DNA from: Candidatus Peregrinibacteria bacterium
Lineage (GTDB): Bacteria; Patescibacteriota; Gracilibacteria; Peribacterales; Peribacteraceae
Direction: 5' to 3'
Length of the DNA stretch: 45,658 bases
Assembly (NCBI GenBank): GCA_016178535.1
Contig: JACOTD010000075.1
Coordinates: 1 to 45,658 of the forward strand
The translations under genes and the position numbers were made by a program. Shown here piece after piece: positions 24,891 to 32,835 of the stretch (its first letter is position 1; the number at the start of each line of letters is the position of its first letter). A model generated the notes under the pieces. The model saw nothing but the letters and a program-made list of their open reading frames with translations. It ran no database searches and was not told the DNA's origin.

Positions 24891-25199
24891 TCAGAAGGAT
24901 CGAAGCAAGTGAAATTTCTTCATCTTGCGGTCTACTTCGCAAGCTTCGTAGACCCAAGATGCATGGACCAGAAGTGTCTTTTTGCAAAAGCATAGCCCGA
25001 TCCTGCTTTCAAATTCTTCTGCTCGTTGACGATCGTTCAATGGTACAACTACTTCGATTTGCCACGGTACCTGTGGTGCAGTTGTTTTCGTAAGGCCGCG
25101 ATGATGTTCATCCATGCGCGCACGGACATCTTTCGCAGTAAATCCTGCGTAGGTCATCACCGGATTCTTGATGCTTCTGAGGAGGTAGACGTGATACAT
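24891..25199 (-). CDS. GIY-YIG domain protein (UPF0213-like)
   Basis: MYHVYLLRS...YAGFT...RMDEHH...PW..VV...A...E pattern. The track ORF 24891-25340 is trimmed because its N-terminus is the tRNA. Confidence 0.7.
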   Translation of the reverse strand: MYHVYLLRSIKNPVMTYAGFTAKDVRARMDEHHRGLTKTTAPQVPWQIEVVVPLNDRQRAEEFESRIGLCFCKKTLLVHASWVYEACEVDRKMKKFHLLRSF

Positions 25200-25240
25200 G
25201 CTCCCACGGTAGCCAATTCTGCGTAGCTTGCGAAGCAGAA

Positions 25241-25331
25241 TGGCGGTGGGAGAGGGATTCGAACCCTCGAACCCCTTGTGGGGGTTACGCGATTTCGAGT
25301 CGCGCGCCTTCGACCGCTCGGCCATCCCACC
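25241..25331 (-). tRNA. tRNA-Ser (anticodon CGA), CCA encoded
   Basis: GGTGGGATGGCCGAGCGGTCGAAGGCGCGCGACTCGAAATCGCG-long variable arm-GGGTTCGAATCCCTCTCCCACCGCCA. Acceptor stem, CGCGA/TCGCG anticodon stem and T-arm all pair. Confidence 0.9.
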
Positions 25332-25422
25332 AAAAAGCATTCTACAGCATAACGTCCTCTTTGATGATGTTCGCCTGAGTCCTCGCGCGCGCGCCCCTGT
25401 ATTCCTGTCCCTTGTCTTCCCG

Positions 25423-26364
25423 TCACCCCCTCCGCATCTCCGGCTCCAGATACGGAACTCCCAGAGCCGCGTAGATGTCTTCTTCCTCTTTGCTCGCGAT
25501 CATCTTCTCTCCTTCGAAGAGACCGTACTCGCTCAGCTTCCACCCGCGGTCGATGGCGCGCTTGCGCAGCGTGATGTTGTGCTCTTTGTCGCCCGTGAAG
25601 TAGAGCAGCGCGCTCCCCCACTGCGCTTTCTTCACAAAACGAACATCGACTCTCAAACCAGATTGCAGATTGAACGAGAGCTTTCGCTCCCCGTGCGCCA
25701 CCACCTCGCGGACGATGGGAAGCGCGGCAATGGCATCGGAGATCTTCTTGGCATTCCTCGTGACAACGATGATGTCGAGGTCGCCGATCGTTTCTTTGTT
25801 GCGCCGGTACGATCCCGCGATCTCCGCGCGCTCCACGCCCTCGACGCCGCGAACCGTCTTCAACAGCATCTCGGCATCGGCTTCAATTTCTCCGCGAGGG
25901 AATCGCCTCGAGCGTTCCGCCACGTTCCTGGCATTCGCGAGGATCTTCTGCTCGATGACATCCGAGAAGCGGGGAAGCGCCCTGAGCTTCCCCTTCTGCG
26001 CCGCGGCAATGAGCTGAGGAACCGTCGTGATGCCGAGTGTTTGCAGTTGCCGCACGCGCTTGGGACCCAGATCCTCCACTTCCATGAGTTCCGCAGAAAG
26101 TCCACCCTGCGCGGCGAGCAGTTCATCCAGATGATGGATGCGTCCCGTCTGCACGAATTCGATGATCTTCCCCGCAATCGCCTCCCCGATCCCCGGCAAT
26201 TCCATCAATTTCTTCTTGTCCGCGATGAGCGAGACATCCCTCGGCACATCCTCCACCACCTGCGCGGCCCTGCGGTACGCCGCCGGCTTGAACGCCACTC
26301 CCTGCTCATCGAGCAGCGCAGCGATCTGGCGCAATTGCCCTGCGAGCTGATGATTGAGAGTCAT
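25423..26364 (-). CDS. family X DNA polymerase (Pol beta-like core, no PHP domain)
   Basis: HhH motifs (LPGIGEAIAGKI, GPKRVRQL) and the nucleotidyltransferase motif GSYRRNKETIGDLDIIVV. 313 aa. Confidence 0.85.
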   Translation of the reverse strand: MTLNHQLAGQLRQIAALLDEQGVAFKPAAYRRAAQVVEDVPRDVSLIADKKKLMELPGIGEAIAGKIIEFVQTGRIHHLDELLAAQGGLSAELMEVEDLGPKRVRQLQTLGITTVPQLIAAAQKGKLRALPRFSDVIEQKILANARNVAERSRRFPRGEIEADAEMLLKTVRGVEGVERAEIAGSYRRNKETIGDLDIIVVTRNAKKISDAIAALPIVREVVAHGERKLSFNLQSGLRVDVRFVKKAQWGSALLYFTGDKEHNITLRKRAIDRGWKLSEYGLFEGEKMIASKEEEDIYAALGVPYLEPEMRRG

Positions 26365-26411
26365 CGAAAGGACATTTTACACCTCAATCAACAAACCGAA
26401 AGATGAGCCGT

Positions 26412-27014
26412 TTATTGCACATAATCAGCATATTCATCTTCTTCATATCTCGCACGACTTGGTCTTTTCTTGCCTTTGTTCAGAGCTTTGGAGGAGCCAT
26501 TTGAAATGCTCAATCTTCTGATCCTATTGCGAATTGTCTTTGCAGCTGCCGGGATAACAATGCCATTTCCCACTTTGGATTGTTGAATAAGTTGTTCGAC
26601 TGCTTCCCATTCCGAAAGAAGTAAATCGGTGCTCTCTGGATATTGATGGGAAAGCTCACTGACTCTCTGCGTTAATTCAACGCGGAGAGTATCCAATGCG
26701 ACAGTCGTCTCTTTTTCTCCTTGCTCCTGTTGTATCGTGCCAACCGAATCATCTACATATCCCATCTGTAAAGAATTGAGATGGACATCCGATTCCTCGA
26801 GTATTGTCCTGATTTTTTTAGCACGAGCATCTCGAGAATTGTATCGCCAAGGTTCTTTGAGTCTGTGTCCCAAACCCTTCTGAATCATCTGAGTCTCCAG
26901 TGCTTTCATCTCTTCACAAGTAGTCAGTGGACGTGCGACTTCCATGCCGTCGTAAGCAACGGCGCTTTCAACGCGAGACATAGAATGTAAGAAAAGAGAT
27001 GTACCGCTCCACAA
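26412..27014 (-). CDS. hypothetical protein (visibly lower GC than neighbours)
   Basis: 200-codon ORF. Acidic, coiled centre and a basic tail (KGKKRPSRARYEEDEY). No motif recognised. The start could be at 26981. Confidence 0.5.
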   Translation of the reverse strand: MWSGTSLFLHSMSRVESAVAYDGMEVARPLTTCEEMKALETQMIQKGLGHRLKEPWRYNSRDARAKKIRTILEESDVHLNSLQMGYVDDSVGTIQQEQGEKETTVALDTLRVELTQRVSELSHQYPESTDLLLSEWEAVEQLIQQSKVGNGIVIPAAAKTIRNRIRRLSISNGSSKALNKGKKRPSRARYEEDEYADYVQ

Positions 27015-27114
27015 GTACAGAGCGGAAACGGCGACATTCTAAGGATGAGAAACCAAGAGTCAACTTTCGAGAGAGATGCTTCGAAGATTTCCTCTCTGTG
27101 AAGAGGAAAAACAC

Positions 27115-27171
27115 CACTGGGCAAGGGTCGCGGGCAAGTATGCCCGCTCCTCAGGGGATAAAATTACTTTC
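27115..27171 (+). repeat. GCGGGCA-AGTA-TGCCCGC hairpin element, copy B
   Basis: CACTGGGCAAGGGTCGCGGGCAAGTATGCCCGCTCCTCAGGGGATAAAATTACTTTC. Closely related over roughly 55 nt to the reverse complement of 38454-38510 (scattered mismatches). Confidence 0.85.
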
Positions 27172-27180
27172 GAAGATTCT

Positions 27181-27217
27181 TCATTCGTAATTCGTAATTC
27201 GTCACTCGTAAATCGTC
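27181..27217. repeat. single-armed heptad repeat (ATTCGTA type)
   Basis: CATTCGTAATTCGTAATTCGTCACTCGTAAATCGTC. Its reverse complement is about 32/36 identical to the left arm at 23114-23150. Lies just 3' of ahcY. Confidence 0.85.
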
Positions 27218-27224
27218 ATTCCCG

Positions 27225-28478
27225 TCACGTCCCCTCCTCCCAACTCGACAAATACTTCTTCTGCTCGTCAGTGAGAGTGTCGATCGTGAGTCCCATCGCC
27301 TCAAGCTGGAGGTGTGCGATGAAGTCGTCGATTGCGGGCGGGAGCGTGATGACGCCGGGAGCGAGCTTCCCTTTGTTCTTCACGAGGTACTCGCACGCGT
27401 GCGCCTGGCCGCAGAAGGAGAGGCTCATCACTTCGCTCGGGTGGCCCTCCGCCGAAGCGAGATTCACGAGACGCCCTTCGCCGGCGACGTAGAGGATGTT
27501 GCCCGAGGGGAGAAGGTACTCGTCGAGGTAGTGGCGCACCCGGCGCTTGCGGCGCGCATTCTTCTCGAGCGCCTGGAGATCGATCTCGCAGTCGAAGTGG
27601 CCGGAATTCGCGAGGACGACGCCGTCCTTCATGCGTTCCATGTGCTCCAGGCGGATCACGTGAATGTCGCCCGTGACGGTGATGAAGAGATCCCCGAGCG
27701 GGGTGGCCTCCGCCATCGGCATCACGCGGTGCCCGTCCATCGCCGCCTGGAGCGCGGCGAACGCGTCGACTTCCGTGACGATCACCTGCGCGCCGAGCCC
27801 CTGCGCGCGCAGCGCAACGCCCTTGCCGCAGCTCCCGTACCCGAGGACGACGATCGTCTTCCCGGCGATGAGGAGGCCCGTCGAGCGGAGGATGCCGTCG
27901 ATGGTCGACTGGCCCGTGCCGTAGTAGTTGTCCATCAGGTGTTTGGTCTTGTTGTCGTTCACCGCGATCATGGGGATCGTGAGGACGCCGTCGCGCTGCA
28001 TCGAACGGAGCCGGATGATGCCCGTCGTCGTCTCCTCGCAGCCGCCGAGCATGGAGGGAAGAAGATCGGCATGCTTGCGGTGGATCTCGGAGACCAGATC
28101 GCAGCCGTCGTCGATCGTGATCTGCGGCTGCGTTTCGATCACAGCGCCCAGGAACCGGTAGTAATCCTCGGTGCTCTCACCCCTGTAGGCCCACACTCTC
28201 ACATTCTTCTCCTCCGCGAGAGCCGCAGCGACGTCATCCTGCGTGCTCAAGGGATTGCAGCCCGTGATTGCGACCTCGGCGCCGCCTGCGGTGAGGGTGG
28301 AGACGAGGACGGCCGTCTCTTTGGTGACATGCAGCGCCATGCCGATCGTGAGACCGACGAAGGGCTTCTCCTTGCGGAAGCGCTCGCGTACTGTGAGGAG
28401 CGCGCCCATGCGCTTCTCCGCGAGTTCAATGTTCAAACGACCTTGAGGGGCCAGGGAGGGATCTGTGACGTGGGACAT
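27225..28478 (-). CDS. ahcY: adenosylhomocysteinase (short ~417-aa form)
   Basis: Motifs TKETAVL, CNPLSTQDDVAAAL, NAD site VLGYGSCGKGVA, NSGHFDCEID. Start at MSHVTDP. Confidence 0.9.
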   Translation of the reverse strand: MSHVTDPSLAPQGRLNIELAEKRMGALLTVRERFRKEKPFVGLTIGMALHVTKETAVLVSTLTAGGAEVAITGCNPLSTQDDVAAALAEEKNVRVWAYRGESTEDYYRFLGAVIETQPQITIDDGCDLVSEIHRKHADLLPSMLGGCEETTTGIIRLRSMQRDGVLTIPMIAVNDNKTKHLMDNYYGTGQSTIDGILRSTGLLIAGKTIVVLGYGSCGKGVALRAQGLGAQVIVTEVDAFAALQAAMDGHRVMPMAEATPLGDLFITVTGDIHVIRLEHMERMKDGVVLANSGHFDCEIDLQALEKNARRKRRVRHYLDEYLLPSGNILYVAGEGRLVNLASAEGHPSEVMSLSFCGQAHACEYLVKNKGKLAPGVITLPPAIDDFIAHLQLEAMGLTIDTLTDEQKKYLSSWEEGT

Positions 28479-28480
28479 AC

Positions 28481-28573
28481 GAAATTGAAAATGGATACTT
28501 GAAAATTGAACATGAGGGAAGCTACTCTTGCAATACGCAGAATTGTCAATTATCAATTGTCCATTGTCAATTC
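28481..28573. repeat. imperfect repeat hairpin (TTGAAAA / TTGTCAA units)
   Basis: The left arm GAAATTGAAAATGGATACTTGAAAATTGAAC matches the reverse complement of the right arm GAATTGTCAATTATCAATTGTCCATTGTCAATTCC at about 24/30. The right arm overlaps the kinase stop. Confidence 0.7.
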
Positions 28574-29518
28574 CGGGAGTCTCTCCCCATACGTCTCCTC
28601 CGCTCTGCCGAAAATGTCATCGATGTCCACGTGATCGAGGAGCGTGCCTTCCCTCTCCACGACGAAGGAGGCGATGGAAGCGCCCAGCATCCCGCACTGC
28701 CGAAGGTCCCATCCTGAAGCGAGGCCTGCGAGAACTCCAGCGCGCAGTGCATCGCCCGCCCCCGTGGGGTTCACCAGAGCATCCGGCCTGCAGGCCGGGA
28801 GGATGATCGCCGGTTCCTTGCGGCGGTAGATCGTGAGGCCTTCTTCCCCGGCAGTGACGATGAGGAGAGGAGTGAGATCGAGGAGTTTGCTCGTGGAAAC
28901 TCCGACCTTCTCGGAGAGGAGGCTCCATTCGTAGGTGTTGGCAATCACTCCGGCGGCGCCCTCGATGGCACTGACGAGTTCATCGCGGCTGAGAGCGATC
29001 ACCTGCTGCCCCGGATCGAAGAGGTAGGGCACCTTCCACACGCGGCACCAGCGGACGGCCTGCATCATCGCGGTCGGATCGCGCGGGCTCACAATGGCAT
29101 GGACGAACTCTTCGCGCTGATCGGCGAGATCTGCCGGCCAGGAGGCATGGGCATCCGCGCCCGGGTGGAAGAAGGCGATCTGCCGCTCGCCGGTATCGGT
29201 CCCGATGATCGCCGTCGCCGTCACGCAGTCCGAGCGCACTTCAATGCGCGAGGTGTCGATGCCGCGCTCACGAAGCAGCGCGAGGTACGCCTCGCCATCG
29301 GCGCCGACGGAGGAGACGAGGAGAGGATTCTGGACGAGCAATTTCAAATTCCACGCGATGTTGGCGCCCGTGCCGCCGTGGTGTCGCGCGAAGTGCGGGC
29401 TGAAGAACGAGACGGAGAGATGCTCCAGATCCGAGGGATCGATGGCATCGCGGAATGACCCGTCGTAGCCGAGGAGGAGATCGTAGGCGATGGAACCGGT
29501 GACCAAAATATGCGTCAT
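28553..29518 (-). CDS. PfkB-family carbohydrate/nucleoside kinase (adenosine-kinase-like by context)
   Basis: Motifs HHGGTGANIAWN and C-terminal NPTGAGDALRAG. Start at MTHILVTGS (alternative ATG at 29527). Upstream of ahcY on the same strand. Confidence 0.8.
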   Translation of the reverse strand: MTHILVTGSIAYDLLLGYDGSFRDAIDPSDLEHLSVSFFSPHFARHHGGTGANIAWNLKLLVQNPLLVSSVGADGEAYLALLRERGIDTSRIEVRSDCVTATAIIGTDTGERQIAFFHPGADAHASWPADLADQREEFVHAIVSPRDPTAMMQAVRWCRVWKVPYLFDPGQQVIALSRDELVSAIEGAAGVIANTYEWSLLSEKVGVSTSKLLDLTPLLIVTAGEEGLTIYRRKEPAIILPACRPDALVNPTGAGDALRAGVLAGLASGWDLRQCGMLGASIASFVVEREGTLLDHVDIDDIFGRAEETYGERLPELTMDN

Positions 29519-29543
29519 GGAATTCATGATACCATGGGATCCC

Positions 29544-30956
29544 ATGCGCATCGCCGTCATTGGCACCGGCTACGTCGGGCTCGTCTCCGCCGCCTGCTTC
29601 GCGGAACTGGGACACCACGTCACGGGCGCGGATATCGACGAGGCGAAGATCGCGATGCTGAAGGAAGGGAAGAGCCCCATCTACGAGCCGGGGCTTGAAG
29701 AATTGATCGCACGAGGACTCAAGAGCGGCCTCCTGCACTTCACGACCGACGTGAAGGAATGTCTCCCCGAGGTCCAGATCCTCTTCTCCGCCGTCGCAAC
29801 GCCGCCCAACGAAGATCGCAGCGCCGACCTGCAGGCGGTGTTCACCGTCGCGAGGACGGTCGCGGAACACGTCGATCACGATCTGGTCTTCGTGAACAAA
29901 TCGACCGTTCCCGTCGGCACCGGGAAGAAGTGCGAAGCGCTCATGGCCGAGATCCTCAAAAAGCGCGACCTGAACGTCTCAATCCCCGTCGTCAGCAATC
30001 CCGAATTCCTCCGCGAGGGAATGGCCGTGGGAGACACATTGATGCCGGATCGGATCGTGGTGGGAGTCAATGGAAACAATAGAGAAATTACGAATGACGA
30101 GTTGCGAGTTGCGAATGGAACTCGTAATTCGCAATTCGTAACTCGTAATTCATTCAATGCCTCAGCATTGATGGAAGAGCTCTACCGCCCCGTCACCCGC
30201 GTCGGCAAGCCCCTTCTCTTCATGAGTCGCGAGAGCGCGGAGATCGTGAAGTATGCGAGTAACGCGTTCCTGGCGACGAAAATCAGCTTCATCAACATGC
30301 TGACCGAATTCTGCGAGAAGACGGGGGCCAACATCCGCGATATCGCGCGCGGCATGGGCTTGGATGACCGCATCGGGCCGCGGTTCCTGCACGCCGGCAT
30401 CGGGTACGGCGGCAGCTGCTTCCCCAAAGATGTGAAGGCTCTCCTCGCGATGGCCAAGGAACACGGATTCGATTTCAGCATCGTCGAAGCGACCGACCGC
30501 ATCAACACGCGCCAGCGTCATCGCTTCTTCGAGAACATTCTGAAGACGCTCACGCCGAAGTCGACGGTCGCGATCTGGGGCCTTGCCTTCAAGCCCAAGA
30601 CCGACGACATGCGCGAGGCGCCGAGTTTGGATCTGCTTCGGAAGCTCGTTGATGAGGGGCACACCGTGAAGGCATACGATCCCGCCGCTGAGGAGAATGC
30701 GAGAAAACTGCTTCCAGAAATAAGCTCCTCACCAACAATGGAGTCAAACATCCTTTATCTCCATTCATCCATCGCAGCTGCAAGAGATGCGGATGCCATC
30801 GTACTTCTCACGGAGTGGGATGAATTTCGTGGCGTCGACCTCCATGAAGTTGCCAAGACTATGAAAGGGAAAGATCTCTTCGACGGCCGGAACGTCTACG
30901 AGCCGACCGAGGTGCGCGCGGCGGGGCTCGTCTACCATGGGATTGGGATCGTCTGA
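29544..30956 (+). CDS. ugd: UDP-glucose 6-dehydrogenase
   Basis: Motifs MRIAVIGTGYVGLV, NPEFLREG, GIGYGGSCFPKD. Contains a ~24-aa in-frame repeat insertion. Confidence 0.9.
   Translation: MRIAVIGTGYVGLVSAACFAELGHHVTGADIDEAKIAMLKEGKSPIYEPGLEELIARGLKSGLLHFTTDVKECLPEVQILFSAVATPPNEDRSADLQAVFTVARTVAEHVDHDLVFVNKSTVPVGTGKKCEALMAEILKKRDLNVSIPVVSNPEFLREGMAVGDTLMPDRIVVGVNGNNREITNDELRVANGTRNSQFVTRNSFNASALMEELYRPVTRVGKPLLFMSRESAEIVKYASNAFLATKISFINMLTEFCEKTGANIRDIARGMGLDDRIGPRFLHAGIGYGGSCFPKDVKALLAMAKEHGFDFSIVEATDRINTRQRHRFFENILKTLTPKSTVAIWGLAFKPKTDDMREAPSLDLLRKLVDEGHTVKAYDPAAEENARKLLPEISSSPTMESNILYLHSSIAAARDADAIVLLTEWDEFRGVDLHEVAKTMKGKDLFDGRNVYEPTEVRAAGLVYHGIGIV
30083..30154. repeat. heptad-repeat hairpin embedded in frame in ugd
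   Basis: GAAATTACGAATGACGAGTTGCGAGTTGCGAATGG AA CTCGTAATTCGCAATTCGTAACTCGTAATTCATTC, translated as EITNDELRVANGTRNSQFVTRNSF. Confidence 0.85.
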
Positions 30957-31278
30957 GAGAAGCGGCTTGCAACATCAACAAATGATGCGCCTTATCCAAG
31001 GCGAGTTCCCGGAGTTGCTTGAAGGTCATGTCTGAAGCTCGCTCTGCTCCGGGATCATGCTCAAGCAAAGCATCCGCCACTGCGACGATCATGTCTGGAT
31101 CGGCAAACGCAACGTCACGTCCATCGATCGCAACGGAGAGTTTTGAATCGTTGTTCAGTGCTCGGCGAAGATTCGCAATCAGCTGTTGACGGACATCCTT
31201 GATAGCTGAAGTGCGAACTTTTGCATCAGGGTGGATCTCAGAAGATGAGCACGAAGGCGGAGGCGTGAGAATGGCCAT
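30859..31278 (-). CDS. hypothetical protein (possible antitoxin-like; doubtful 3' end)
   Basis: ATG at 31278 (MAILTPPP). Lower-GC spacer. The last ~33 codons are Arg-rich and overlap the 3' end of ugd, so the true end is uncertain. Confidence 0.3.
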   Translation of the reverse strand: MAILTPPPSCSSSEIHPDAKVRTSAIKDVRQQLIANLRRALNNDSKLSVAIDGRDVAFADPDMIVAVADALLEHDPGAERASDMTFKQLRELALDKAHHLLMLQAASLRRSQSHGRRAPPRAPRSARRRSGRRRDLSLS

Positions 31279-31380
31279 AGGGAAGAGCTTTGCATTGTGT
31301 CGAAAAACCACTGCGAAGCAAGCAAAAAGAGTCATGAAGCTGCTTTTCTCCACCTGATTGGTTAAAATTCCCCTACCTCT

Positions 31381-32328
31381 ATGAAAATCCTTCTGACCGG
31401 TAGCGCCGGATTCATCGGCTTCCATACGGCCCAGGCGCTCCTCGCGCGGGGAGATGACGTCATCGGCCTGGACAACATGAGCCCCTACTACGATCCAACA
31501 TTGAAGGAGGCGAGATTGAAGTTACTCGAGGGGAAGAAGGGATTCACCTTCATCCGCGGCGACATTCTGGATCGTGAGACAGTCAAGAAATGCATGGAGG
31601 GAACGGATCGCGCGTGCCATTTGGCGGCCCTCGCGGGCGTGCGCTACTCCTTCGAGCATCCCGAGGAATACATCGCCACGAACATCCGGGGCTTCTTCAA
31701 CGTCCTCGATGAGGCGAGGATCCAGAAGATCCCCGGCGTGGTCTATGCCTCAAGCAGTTCCGTGTACGGCGACGCGAAGAAGTTCCCGGCCAAGGAGAGC
31801 GACCCGACGGACGCCCAAGTCTCGCTCTACGGCATGACGAAGAAGGACAACGAACTCCTCGCGCACACGTACCACCGGCTCTACGGCATTCCGGTGACGG
31901 GGCTGCGGTTCTTCACGGTCTACGGTCCATGGGGCCGCCCGGACATGGCGCTCTTCCTCTTCACCGACGCCCTCCTCCACGGCCATCCCCTCTCCATCTT
32001 CGGCGAGGGCAAGATGCAGCGCGACTGGACCTCCGTCGATGACATCGTGAGCGGGATCGTTGCAGCAATCGACAAAAACTTCGACGAAGAAATCTTCAAT
32101 CTCGGCTGCGGCCGAAAGGAAGAATTGATGGATTTCGTGAAGATCATTGAGGAATCCTGCGGCAAAGAAGCGACGAAGGAATTCCTCCCCATGCAACCCG
32201 GCGACGTTCGCGTGACCTCCGCCGACATTTCCAAAGCCAAGCGGATGCTCGGCTACGAACCCAAGACGATGATCAGGGAGGGAGTGCCGAAGTTCATTCA
32301 GTGGTACAGAGAGTATTACGCGTTATAG
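31381..32328 (+). CDS. NAD-dependent epimerase (UDP-glucuronate 4-epimerase-like)
   Basis: Motifs MKILLTGSAGFIGFH, SSSSVYG, YGMTKKDNE. Next to ugd. Confidence 0.85.
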   Translation: MKILLTGSAGFIGFHTAQALLARGDDVIGLDNMSPYYDPTLKEARLKLLEGKKGFTFIRGDILDRETVKKCMEGTDRACHLAALAGVRYSFEHPEEYIATNIRGFFNVLDEARIQKIPGVVYASSSSVYGDAKKFPAKESDPTDAQVSLYGMTKKDNELLAHTYHRLYGIPVTGLRFFTVYGPWGRPDMALFLFTDALLHGHPLSIFGEGKMQRDWTSVDDIVSGIVAAIDKNFDEEIFNLGCGRKEELMDFVKIIEESCGKEATKEFLPMQPGDVRVTSADISKAKRMLGYEPKTMIREGVPKFIQWYREYYAL

Positions 32329-32331
32329 AAA

Positions 32332-32392
32332 ACAAGGAGTACAAGGAGTACAAAGAATAGAGAACGTTGTATTCCTTGTCTTCCTTGTCTTC
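32332..32392. terminator. nonamer-repeat hairpin between convergent genes
   Basis: ACAAGGAGTACAAGGAGTACAAAG - loop - TTGTATTCCTTGTCTTCCTTGTCTTC. Same architecture as the heptad hairpins. No U-tract. Confidence 0.5.
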
Positions 32393-32400
32393 TTCGTTCG

Positions 32401-32835
32401 TCATCCAGCAACCACCACCGCCCCCTCCTGCACTTCCTTCTTGACCTTCAAACCGATCACGTCGCCCTTCTTCGCCTTGGCGATCGGCTGGTGTTCCATT
32501 TGCATGGAGGAGACGCGCTGCGTGAGAACGTGCTCGCCCTTCTTGAGGAGAACGGTGTCTCCGAGCTTGAGCGGCGCGTTCAGATCCACGATCGCCACGC
32601 CGATCTTGTCGTAGTAGTGAACGACTTTGCCCAGCAGCTTCTCGGTCACTTTCTTCGAAGCCGATGTGACCGTCTTCTTCTTGGCCACGGTCATGACGCG
32701 GGATTTCTTCCTGGGCGGGGACTTCTTCGAAACGACCTTCTTCGCCGCGGCGCGGCTCATTTTTTTCTTCTTCATGCTCTTCGGCTTCTTGGTCATCTTC
32801 TTGGAAATAGTTTTCTTCATCGTGCGCTTGGGCAT
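32401..32835 (-). CDS. Lys-rich tail fused to an EF-Tu-domain-2-like beta-barrel (translation elongation factor-like protein)
   Basis: The N-terminal ~65 aa are K/A/S-rich (MPKRTMKKTISKKMTKKPKSMKKKK...). The C-terminus is GKVVHYYDKIGVAIVDL...GDTVLLKKGEH...SMQMEHQPIAKAKKGDVIGLKV. Confidence 0.65.
   Translation of the reverse strand: MPKRTMKKTISKKMTKKPKSMKKKKMSRAAAKKVVSKKSPPRKKSRVMTVAKKKTVTSASKKVTEKLLGKVVHYYDKIGVAIVDLNAPLKLGDTVLLKKGEHVLTQRVSSMQMEHQPIAKAKKGDVIGLKVKKEVQEGAVVVAG

Noticed and set aside
24891-25340. 149-aa ORF beginning MLFGGMAERSKARDSKSRNPHKGFEGSNPSP
   Set aside because: The N-terminal 47 codons are the translation of tRNA-Ser (25241-25331). The gene was trimmed to the GIY-YIG ATG at 25199.
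28479-28552. SAH riboswitch upstream of ahcY; glutamine riboswitch upstream of glnA
   Set aside because: The ahcY leader is occupied by a repeat hairpin, and I could not see the SAH-riboswitch conserved core. The same holds for the glnA leader. This was not tested with covariance models.
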